A stretch of DNA of 64,000 nucleotides from Azolla caroliniana (lineage: Eukaryota > Plantae > Polypodiophyta). Positions 25,281-36,119 of the stretch are shown here, one piece after another; the first letter of the stretch is position 1, and each line of letters starts with the position of its first letter. A model generated the notes under the pieces. It searched no databases. It had not been told where the DNA came from and worked only from the letters and a program-made list of their open reading frames with translations. The translations under genes were made by a program, and so were the position numbers. The stretch is from contig JBHGNT010000022.1 in NCBI GenBank assembly GCA_043228905.1, positions 9,610,001-9,674,000 of the forward strand, given 5' to 3'.

Positions 25281-25984
25281 GGGAGAACACTTTGCTCTTC
25301 TTCTTCATCAGGTAGATCCACGCGTAGTGCGAGCAGTCGTCGATGAAGGTTACGTAGTATAAGCATCCACCGATTGTTGACATTTGAGTCGGTCCCCATA
25401 CATCCAAGTGTACGACGTCGAGGAGGCCTTTGCTTGCAGAGCTCTCCTTCAGGAATGGGAGAACACTTCACTCTTCTTCTTCATCAGGTAGATCCACATG
25501 TAGCACGAGTAGTCATCGATGAAGGTTACGTAGTATCGGCATCCGTCGATCGTCGGCGTTTGAGCCGGTCCCCATACATCCAAGTGTATGACGTCGAGGA
25601 GGCCTTTGCTTGCGGAGCTCTTCTTCAGGAATGGGAGAACACTTCACTCTTCTTCTTCATCAGGTATATCCACGCGTAGCGCGAGTAGTCGTCGATGAAG
25701 GTTACGTAGTATCGGCATCCGTCGATTGTCGGCATTTAAGCCGGTCCCCATACATTCGAGTGTACGACATCAAGGAGGCCTTTGCTTGCGGAGCTCTCCT
25801 TCGGGAATGAGAGAACACTTCGCTCTTCTTCTTCATTTGGTAGATCCGCACGTAGCGCGAGTAGTCGTCAATGAAGGTTACGTAGTATTGGCATCCGCCG
25901 ATCATCGGCGTTTGAGCCGATCCCCATACATCCGAGTGTATGACGTCGAGGAGGCCTTTGCTTGTGGAGCTCTCCTTCGGGAAT
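25281..25984 (-). repeat. Four tandem copies of a 176-bp unit derived from the integrase N-terminal region of element C
   Basis: Units start at 25281, 25457, 25633 and 25809; the boundary motif GGGAG recurs at 25985. Confidence 0.92.
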
Positions 25985-28900
25985 GGGAGTCGATGTTGTT
26001 TTCCAAGTTGACATGCTTCGCATACTCAGTCGACTTGTTTCGACTCGAATGTCAGAAGTCTAATGACAATTCCCTTGGTTTGCATCGCTCGTAGCCGTTG
26101 GAGGTTTATGTGGCCGATTCTCTTCTGCCACAACTCGATGCTTGTCTCAGTTTTAAGACTATTAGTGTACATTGCCGATTTCACCTCGTTCGAATCAAGG
26201 ATGAACATTTGATCGTCTCTCCGCCCCTTAGCTATGAGTTGGCCATCTTTCTCGATGAAGCATCCTTCTTTGTTGAAGCGAACTTCCATTCCTTGCTCCA
26301 CGATTTGGCCTACCGAGACCAAATTCTTCGTTATCGTGGGACGTGCAAGACATTCCTAATGCAAGTTCGCTCACTTTCTTTCCCGAATGGGACATTGCCG
26401 ATGTGCCGAATGGGATGCGTGGTGTCGTCTCCTGTCTCTATTAAGCTGGGTCGATCCGGCGTTCGTAAATCACGAAACCACTCTTCGTGAGATGTCATGT
26501 GATGTGAGGCGCCGGAATCAACAAACCACATGTCTTCCGAGTTGGAGGCCATCATAGAGTTCGCTCTATGCCTCATTACGAACATTCCACCATAATCATC
26601 GTATTCGGAGTTGACGGCATAATTCGTGAGTTGTCGAGTTGTCGAAGCTGACTCACTTCTTCTTTTTCGGCAATCCTCCTCGTGGTAGCCGATTTTTCCG
26701 GAAAAATTGCGAGTTGCGAGCCTCGTTTGCCGACCATGTTCGGTGTGGAAGCTCCCCCTTCTTCTGAAGGTTCCTCGATGGCTTCTGTGAAGGTTTAAGT
26801 TCCCTTCGTGTGATGGGTCGAATTCACCTCTTCTACCGCCGTGACCTCCTCCTCGGCCATCGTTCGAATTCGAGAAGAACATGTGTCCTTCTGACGTCTT
26901 GCTTTTGGTTTGGACGTGGTTCTCTTCGACCAATAGCATTGATTAAAGGTCAAAGAATAGAGGGTTTTCTCTCACCAAGATTACCGTTTGTAATGGATTG
27001 AATTGTTGTGTGAGGCCGCCCAAGCATACTTGAACCATCTCGTCTTCGTCGACGTTTATTTTGAAGGAGTCAAGCGAGTCGCAAATGCTCTTAATCTTGG
27101 CGGTGTAGTTCGACACGGACATGTCTTTTTGCCAAATGTTGTTCAACTCTTGTCGGAGTTGAAGCTTTCGGGCGGTCGTGTTGGCGACGAACATTTTCTT
27201 TAAGTTCGCCCACGCTTCTTTAGGCGTCTTGGCGTCTCGAATATGGCTAAGCATGTGTTCGTGGACACATGTTGCCAAGCAATACATGACTTGACTAGCC
27301 GCTTGTTCCCATGTTGCGTAGTCGGCGTTCTTTGAGTCAAGTCGATTTTCTTGTGTGTCATTGATGTAGCTCCAATACCCTTGGCTGACGAGGTATTGGG
27401 TCATCTTGTACTCCCAAGATGAATAATTGCTCTGGTCTAGCTTTTCGCTAGGGAGCGAGCTACCCATTTGTGTGTTCATGTTGATTGTAGTGTCTTCTCT
27501 TCTTTTGCTTTTCTTCCTTCGATCACGTACACGTGCTACGTCGGTAACGGATAACCGGAATTTGTCGTCGGCGTTTCAAACACACAATTATGAAGTCGGG
27601 TGGGCTTAGTGGATTTTCTAAACCACACGCTCTGATACCATGTTAAGAATTAGGTAAGTAATTAAGCAAGGATTAATTAGTACCTAATTATGTGATTAGT
27701 TGATAAGCGGAAGATTATGCGATATGTGTGTGTATGTGTATGTGTGTGAGAGGAAGAGAGAGAGAGAGAGAGATACAACACAAGATGGGGGATGAGTAAG
27801 TATATTAAATTAGCATTATCATCATCAAATCCAAAAATACCCACAATGAGGTATATATACATCTCATGTGCAAAGGTGCACATGTGTGAATGGAATATAG
27901 GTACTAAGGTGTAAGTCCTATATTAAATGTACTTAGGAGTGGAGGATCTAGAATATCCCACTTAAGTACAAGGTCCTATTTAAGGCATTATAGTAAACAC
28001 TTCTAACTAGATTCTATCTAGGTAACTACGAAGTTACATGGTTGATTAACTAACTAAACTAAGTTGAGCTTGATCGCTCAACACCTCCCTCTTTATAGCA
28101 CAAGGGGTGACTGTTACATCGTGATCGGTGTCAGAGATCCCCCCCCTTTCCTTTCTTTCTGTGCGTGTCGGACTTTAAGGTACCCCCTTTAATTCCTACC
28201 ACCTAGTACTTACCAATCCTAATGCTATTTACATTATGAATGTACATAATACTTGATTTGTGTGCATCGGTGCACACACCCGTTCGCATGCACTTGGCTC
28301 CGTTTCTCTTTATGGCTGGAATCCTTTACGACACCATGCCCAAACCTACACCTCGTCAGACCGAGAAAATCATCCCTCACAAAATCTAATATCCCAATTC
28401 GAGCAAGGGGAATCTAGCAACTCGGGCACCAATAACGTGCTTTGATTACAACCAACCAGGGCATTACTCCACTCAGTGCCCGACAAACAATCGAGGTAAA
28501 GCACCTGTCGTAAACATCATTATGGCAGATGTTCAACAAGTCACGACCCGAAGCAAAGCCAATAAAACACAATGGGAAATTCAGGACGAAGTCCGACAAA
28601 CCGCCAAAAAATGGGTTGACACGGCTAATCAGGCTAATACCGAGAGAATGCAGACCAAGATGAACAATATCACTATCAGTCCCTCGGCTTCCTCTCAACC
28701 TACCAGGGCACATGACGACGACCTTGTGTAGCAAGCTCTCATAAGTTGTCAAATCTCCATGCCCTTACATAAACTACTACAATTGCTTCCCCAATTCAAG
28801 GACTCGGTGGCATCTCTCACCACCGGCAAAGCGCCAACCACCTTGCCTGTACATTTGGTGGAGTCGGGCATCGATCCACAATTAATGGACTCTTAGAACC

Positions 28901-31774
28901 CCGCGTTTAACCTAGTAATCAAAGGTTGTGATGTTCACGGTTGTATTCTCGATGGGGGTTCGTGTGTTAATGTCATCAATGAAGCTACATGTCACGACCT
29001 CAACATCTCCAAGCAGAGACAACATACGGATTGGCTGAAGAAGCCGAGGCCGGATGGACATGTGCTAATAGAACAGACAAGTGGAGGCTTGTTAGACTCA
29101 GGGGGAGTGACCACAAAAGGAAGTCGGAGCCAAAGCCAACCAAAAAAGTGGGAGGTAAGGGCAAGAAGGGCAAGAAGACCAAGTCCGGTGTCGTGAAGGG
29201 TCTAAAGATTGAGGACGAGTTGGAGTTAGCCAACTCGGACAAGAGTGGGAACGAATCAGAGAGAACCGTTTCGGTCAAGATGTTCGATTTGGAAGAGCCG
29301 AATTATCTTAAGCACATGGACCTTATGAGCAAACAAGTCGACCGAGAAGGTCGAGGTGCTAGACAGAGGACACAAGGTGGAACCAGAACAAAGGAACGAC
29401 AAACACAAACACAAACACTACGATCCGATCTCAAGTTGAGCTTGAGGGGAAGTGTTGAGCGAACAAGTTGAACCAGATCCAGATTGGCTGAACAAGCTAG
29501 AGCTGGATTGGAGTCCTGAATGAAGAACCGGATCGGTGTCTGGATGGTATCCAGAACCAGGACCCGGATCGGATTGTAACTCGTATGCTGTTAGAGGCCT
29601 ACGAATCTAGCCTAGTGTGTAGGCATATTTTTAGGGTTCAGTGTTAGTCGCTCGTATGAGCATTAAAGTACTTGTCAGTACTTCTGTCAGACCTCTTTAG
29701 GACTTGCATAAAAGTGCTCACATAGCACATTGTATGTACAAAGTGTTATTATTTTGAATTCAATTTTATGCTCTGAATCTCCGAAAATCAGTGCACAAGG
29801 CGGACACCCTAGTTTACGTGACGGTCGACATGAGTCCGACCGGAATCGGTTGGGTGATCAATCAACCGAAACACGGTTCCCCATCCGGTTCGGTGCGAAG
29901 GTGTTGAGTGAGTGGCAACAAGGACACGCCCAAGTTAAACGTGAACTGTGGGGTATCCTTTCGGCGGTCAAGGCCGACAAATATTATATGATCGGGGTAG
30001 AAATGATCATCGAGACAGAATGCCTACCAATCCTCAGTACGGTTTCTGGATGTGTGGCTCTGGACCTGGCAATGCTCTGGTGGATCGCGTACATAAAGTC
30101 CCTAAATATGGAGATATGGCACATATCCGGGAAAGACAACACCATGGCCGACATGCTATCAAGGGCATGGTACGACGACAAAAACGACATGGTATCGGAG
30201 GTTGAAGAAGTCGGCATGGCCTTCTTTGAATCGGCTCAAATGTCGGTGAACGAGCGGAACACTCCGACCCTCAACGAGTTCGACGAGAATGACTACAACA
30301 GGGAGTGGCTCCAAATCGATAAGTTCCTAAGCACGATGGCGTCGGACGCTGTCGCGTTGTTACGCGCGTGCGTGGAGAACGAGGCGGGACTACCGGGATC
30401 TTGGACCGAGAAATAGTTGAGAAGGAGGAGAACGGAAGGCACCGTGCGCACTTGCACACGCACAAACACGGGAGCACACAGGAATCACAGTCCAACAACA
30501 CAGCAAAACGAGACGACTAGAAGTCCGAGTTTATGAACACGTATGTATATAAATAAATAAATATATATATATATATATATCAAGACAGTTACAACTAACA
30601 GGCCGGCAAGGCGAACACCGCCGCCTGTTCACTCACACACACATAAGAGCGGGATGGAGACTCTGCCGGAAGCACACAGGCGTTCCACGGAGCAGAGTCA
30701 GCCTCCCGAAAACCGGTGCAAAAATGGCTATGGAGAGTGGCAGAGGAGAAGGGCTCGGTCCCAGTCCGGCAGCACTTCGCCCTCTCTAACGCGCGATACC
30801 CTTTCCATTCCTCTCCCTCTCTTTTATAGCCCAAGGAGGGAGGTCGTTATCATCCGTTACATCACATTAATTCTCTGTCCTTTCGTACAGAGATACACCT
30901 CGATTCTCTCCCTATTGAATGCGTGCTACCTAGGATTTCACCTCATCCGACTTGCACCTACTTACTTACCATACAACGAAAAGTGTGCTCGCGTGTAAGG
31001 GCCGGTTTACACACGCTAAACTCAGTTTCCGCCTAGGGACGGTTTTCTTCACGACATCCGCCCCCACCTAACCGCGCATCCACCAGTATGCGCCAAAATT
31101 GGGCTCTTGCTGGAGAAAACCGGTCCATGCTTACTCCTCATCTTCCGGATCGTCATCCGCCTCGGGTCGCACGTCGTCGCCGTCCATGCTTTCCAGATCC
31201 GGCTCGCACTCGTGTCGTTTCTTAAACGCTTTCACCCTCTTCCCCGTTATCGGTATTGCCATCCTCGTACCGTCGAGCTCCGCAAGATGGTAGGTCCCGT
31301 TGTCATTGGCACTTGTCACCACGTAAGACCCGAACCACCTCCTTGCAAACTTCCGCGTTGCCCTGTGTTGGTTGTTGAGGCTGCTGTCATATACTAGGAC
31401 CCAGTCGCCTTCCTCGATTTTCTTTGGTCATAGTCGGTGAGTCCGGTCAAACCGCCCTTTGTTCTTCATCCTTGTCAATCGAAGCTTCTCCGCGGCTCAT
31501 TCCACGTCCTCCGGCCTTCGCTCGAGCTGTCGAATCCGTGTCGCTAACAGCTCCTCCCGGCTCATCTCATCTCTCCAGTCCACCATGGCCCATGAGGAGA
31601 TGGTTCGCTCTGTTGGCATGATCGGCCTCTGTCCGTACATAAGCTTTGCTGGCATGAACCCGATTACCGAACTGTGCGTAGTTCGGTCCGCCCACAAGGC
31701 ATAAGGTAGTAATCGCGGCCAGTTCCCGACTTGGCCTTCACACGCCCATACTAGCGCTTCGACGATCGGCCCGT

Positions 31775-32425
31775 TGTCACGTTATTACGCGCGTGCGTGG
31801 AGAAACGAGGCGGGACCACCGGGGTCTTGAACCGAAGAGCAGGTGATAGGAGGGGAAAGAGAAAGAGAGAGACGACCAGTTACGTATGAGCAAAGAAACA
31901 CAGGGACACGGCCCATCAACGCGGAAAACACGAATGGACACAGAGACAAAGAGACACGAATGTTTGTATATTATCAAATGACACCAAAAACAACAGAGCA
32001 CGCGAGCGGTTACAACCGAACAGGCCGGCGAACAGATGCCGATGCCTGTTCATCTGCGCACGAAAGGGGATAGGATGGAGGTGCTGCCGGAAGCACACGG
32101 GCGTTCCTCGAAGCAGCGCGAACCTCCCGAAAAGCTGTAGAGAAGAGCAATAGAGAACAAACAGAGGAGAAGCGTTCGGTTACGGTCCGACAGCACTTCG
32201 TCCTCCTCAATGCGCGATCCCCTTCTCCCCGCGCCTCCCTCTCTTTTATAGCTTCAACAGGGGAGCCGCTTCCCTCATTAACTTCCTACCTACCGAATCT
32301 AACTACCTAGGATATACCTTTGTACCTAATCCTTTATTATATACATTAGAGGGCGCGCACGCGTGAAGAGCCGGTTCGCGCGCGCTATACACCAATTGCG
32401 CTAAGGGATGGTTTTCTTCACGACA
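31775..32425 (-). mobile_element. Solo LTR of a related E/F-family Gypsy, inserted in the integrase of E
   Basis: TGTCACG...ACGACA (651 bp) with a perfect TSD CCGT. Removing it restores GKVERGHG|PIVEAL. Confidence 0.9.
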
Positions 32426-34944
32426 CCGTGTCCGCGCTCCACCTTCCCATTAGCCTCCGGATTGTACGCTGTGGTGAGAGAGAGTTTGACCCCTAGTCGG
32501 TCAAACAACTCTTCAGCCTCTTGCGCGTCCAACTCTCCGCGGTCAGCCACGATCTTTCCTACGCTCCCGTACCGATATATCACGTCCTCGATCAGAAACC
32601 GGCACACAACCGCGGTCGTTTTGTTCTGCAGCGCTCGGCCTTCAACCTGGTTCGTCAGATCCTCCCGAGCCAACACCAGATACCGCATTTGTCCTACCCC
32701 CATCGTCATCATCACCAAATCCACCATCCATTTGAAGTAGACGGTCAGAGGGTAGATCGGGTGAAGCTCGTCCCGGTGTCGGACTATGGAGTGCATCTGA
32801 CAGCTTTCGCAAGTCGTCACGAACTGATGCATGTCCCGGTACAGTCCCGGCCACCAGTACTTCCCCTTTAGCTTCTGGAACGTGGCCCACATTCCGCGAT
32901 GTCCGGCCCAGGGACTCTCATGGTAGGCCTCCAGCAACTCCTCCTGTTCCTCCTTCTTCACCACCACTCGGAGCGGGATGTCGTCCCTCTTCTTCGGGTG
33001 CTTCCATATGTACCCGTCCCGAAGGAAGAATCGGTACACCTTCTTCCGGATCCGGTTGGCCTCTTCCTTTGTCCACGCCGCGTCCGGTGTAATTGTTTTC
33101 AGGAGCCTGCCGATCTGGAGCCACTCCCGTCATACTTGCTCTCATCGAATTCGTTAAGCGCCGAAGTGCTCCCCTTTCTGGTTGTCACGCATGCCGCCTC
33201 AAAGAAATCTACGCCAACTTCCTCGTCCTCCGAAACCATGTCGTCCTCGTTTTCGAACCTCGCCCTTGAGAGCATGTCGGCCATGGCATTGTCTTTTCCG
33301 GAAATGTGTCGTATCTCCGGATTCAGGGACTTGATGTACGCTATCCACCTGAGCTTTGCCAGGTCCGGCGTCGTGCATCCGGAAACCATGCCGAGAATCG
33401 GCAGGCAGTCCGTCTCGATTATTACCTCTGTCCCGATCAGATAGTCTTTATCAGCCTTCACCGCCGAAACGATGCCCCAGAGTTCGCGTTTAACTTGGGC
33501 GTATCTTCGTTGTCGCTCACTGAGGACCTTCGCGCCGAACCGGATGGGGAACCTCGTGCCAACGACATCCTCTTGGTTGATCACCCATCCGATCCCGGTT
33601 AGACTCGTGTCTACGGTTACGTAAATCGGAGTGTTTTTGCCGTAGACAGCCTTTTGGAGCGCCGGTGCCGTGGCAAGTGCTTCCTTCATCTTTCAGACTG
33701 ATTCCGTATGCTCATCTCCCCACTCGAATTTACGCCCTTTCTTTAGCAACCCATACAGCGGCTCCACGACGTGGGTGTAATGCGGGATCCAGATAAGGTA
33801 GAACACGCATGATCCCAAGAATCTTCGAACCTCCGTAACCGAATTGCAGTCATGCTTCATCGCGGAGATGGCTTCCACCTTGGCCGGAGATGGTTTCCGA
33901 CCGTATGGTCTGCATAGGTGCCCGACGACCATGATCTCTGATTGCCCAAAGGCCGATTTTTCTGCAGAGACCAAAGAAGGTGAGCCTCGCGCCTTCTAGT
34001 CTCTGCAGCACCTTCTCGCAGTCATCTATGTGAGTCGCCACAAAATTCCAACATCTGTCCGGTCCGATTGTCTCGTCCTTTTCCTCCATAGGGCATCCCC
34101 TGATCGGGATGTCGTCTAAGAATGGCATGGTGATGTCCGGGATACAATCCTTGAGCACTTTGTTCATCGTGTTCACGATGTGAGCCACCGAATTCGTTCC
34201 TCCTTGTGGTAGGGTACACATCCGCACTAGGCCGAGAGGAGTCCGCATCGTCGTAATTTCTCTACTCTCCATGGCTAGTTGGAACTGATCGTACCCCGAG
34301 TACAGATCACCGACAGAGTAAATCGACCTTCTGGCAAAGGCCTCCGCGAACTCATCTATGGTCGGTCCGATTCCTACATTACGGATGGTCACCTTGTTGA
34401 CCGGTTGCAGGTCCTGAATGAAGCGCAGCGTGCCATTCTTCTTTGGCACCGTAAACCACCAATTCGAATACGGGGCACTCAACGGTTCGAGGATGCCCAT
34501 CTCCACCTTTTGCTTCTGAAGCTCCATCGACTTCGGAATGTGAGCTCTCAGCACCGGAATTGGTTTGAGATTCCATGGTACATGCGGTACCGTGAAGATC
34601 ACCATCAGTTCGACGATCGTCGGGTCCACGCACCCGATCTCCCCCGGCGAGAACGCGAAGGCTTTCCCATGCATTCTGAGCATTATCCGAAACCTGTTCT
34701 CCTCCGCCGGTAATAGAAAGCCACCCCCACCTACCTTGAGCTCCCGTAGTGTTATGTCAGTGAACCGGTGCCCTATGCCGGCCAGATTCCACTGAGCCGC
34801 TCCTCCGTTGATCTCTTCGTCGGGGGAGAGGACTCTGCATCCACTGAGCCACTCCTCCGCTCGCTTCCTTTCCCGGCCGTTGACGCCGGCTATAGTACAA
34901 CCTCCGTTTTCGGAGAACCAAAACTTCCTACCTACTGTACATGT

Positions 34945-35010
34945 GTGGGGTTCTTCCGGTACGTTCGGACTACCGCGACCCCACGCCTTGATAGCCCTCT
35001 CTAAAAATCC
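34945..35010 (-). promoter_or_regulatory. Predicted -1 programmed ribosomal frameshift signal (slippery G_GAU_UUU plus H-type pseudoknot)
   Basis: Heptamer at 35010-35004 sits immediately before the gag-pro UAG, followed by a 6-nt spacer. Stem 1 GGGCUAUC/GGUAGUCC, stem 2 GUGGGGU/ACCCCAC. The -1 frame is open into RT. Confidence 0.7.
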
Positions 35011-36119
35011 CCTCGGCTGTCACCGCCGAGGGTCTCGCGATTCCTCTCATGGTTCGGACGTACGGTCATGAATTGGACGGAATGCCGACCGTCCTGGCTC
35101 TTGACGTGCGCGTACGCTGAACCGTTGTCCAACACCTTCGTCTCCATGCGTGTTGTCGTAATGTATGGTTCGCCGAGAATCACCGGGTGCGAGGATGTTT
35201 CCTGCATGAAGAAATGTTGATCTATCTCGACGTCACCGACCTTTACGTGTATATTCGGGCACGCACCATGCAGCTCCTCCATAGCACGCGTCGCCACACG
35301 TATCTTCCACCCATGCTTGGTGTTGATAGGCCATTTACCCCTCTTGTAGAAATCCATGGACATCAGGTTGATTTCGGATCCATGGTCTACCAAGGCCACC
35401 ACCGGTTCTTGGACATCTCCAATCTTAACAGGGGTCTCCGTGGTCGCTCTGGCCCAGTGCGGCCTCGAATAGTGGCTCTCTGCCAACTTGTCTTCTAGCG
35501 CCATGTCCTCTATGTGCATCGTTCGCACTTCCACCGGCTTCTCCGGCTCTGGCTCTGTCGACAACCTCTTCCTCTTTACCAAGTCTACGATGGAGTCGTG
35601 GAACTCCTTCTTGGCGATCCCGAGCACTTCCCTCAGCGACAACTCCACTTTGTTGTCGAGGATACGTTCCTCCAGGACCTTTCACAGGTCCATGGTCCTT
35701 TCGATTTCCGTGCTCAACCGGTACCCGACCTTCTTGGCTTTATCCGGTGCGTCGGTCGCACCGGCCTCATTCTGCCTTTGACCAAATCGGGTCTCGTACC
35801 GTTGCAAGGGCCCGGCCCCTTCGGTTTTACCTACTCGCTTGTCTTCCACCAGAGCCTCGTAGTTCTGGCATGCAGCTTCAACGAAGCCCATCTTCTCTTC
35901 GACCGGGTCACTCCACCCGGTTACCTCCCAGACTCGTTTTTTGCGCGGTCCGCTTCTTCTTTCCTTAGTTGTGCACCAGCGAGGCCTTCCAGCATCAGCG
36001 GCTAGAATCCGGCTTCATTCGTCTTCTGGGCCTCACCACCTCCGACCTGGATCCCAGCCGACGCGGAGTAGTGGACGGTCTCCGCGTGGCGAGCCGCCGC
36101 TTCTTCCATCAGTCGTTTC

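Larger units (their letters stand above)
18347..28083 (-). mobile_element. Element C: internally deleted Ty1/Copia element (same family as A); LTRs 27641-28083 (5') and 18347-18799 (3'); lacks RT/RNase H
   Basis: Paired LTRs about 98% identical by eye. PBS TGGTATCAGAGC (tRNA-iMet) at 27629-27640, PPT at 18800-18817, TSD CCTCA/CCTCC. Gag (26943-27479), protease WFVDSGASHHM and integrase fragments present; the ORF jumps from the start of RT to the 3' region. Confidence 0.9.
17880..28333 (-). mobile_element. Element D: solo LTR of the E/F Gypsy family (17880-18346 and 28084-28333), split by element C
   Basis: Starts TGTCGTGGTTTTCCGCG...CGGGCAGGACCACGGGGGTC, matching the reverse complement of the F LTR end. 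Ends ...ACGACA. Flanks are CCGT / CCAT (4-bp TSD, one transition). Confidence 0.75.
15870..29024 (+). mobile_element. Element B: degenerate Ty3/Gypsy element (5' LTR 15870-16401, gag, protease), with RT-RH-INT and most of the 3' LTR deleted
   Basis: TSD TACGG at 15865-15869 and 29025-29029. LTR end 'atctccgagaaaagacaaca' recurs as 'atctccaagcagagacaaca' at 29005-29024. Gag (LDGPAARWY; CCHC-like knuckles ~17310-17410), protease ILDGGSCVNVI ~28945, and a degenerate PBS 'tggcacgctcgg' at ~16407. Confidence 0.8.
11888..29800 (+). mobile_element. Element A: degenerate, 5'-truncated Ty1/Copia LTR retrotransposon (11888-15869 and 29030-~29800), split by element B; 3' LTR starts at 29453 and is truncated
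   Basis: Fragments of gag (EDEMV*VCLG), protease (VDSGVSNHM), pre-integrase (WHKQIGH...CEAC), integrase, RT (LYVDDL) and RNase H (TEAEY, KHIEVHYHF) with many stops and frameshifts. PPT 'cttgaggggaag' is followed by TGTTGAG at 29453. Confidence 0.85.
31131..35010 (-). pseudogene. pol (RT-RNase H-integrase) of element E, in the -1 frame relative to gag-pro; interrupted by frameshifts and a solo LTR
   Basis: ORFs 33850-34683, 33693-33974, 33099-33689, 32401-33039, 31497-31697 and 31131-31322. The RT frame is open upstream to 35010. Confidence 0.85.

Noticed and set aside
25281-25984. Regular repeat array suggestive of CRISPR
   Set aside because: Eukaryotic context, whole 176-bp units repeat with no unique spacers, and there are no cas genes.
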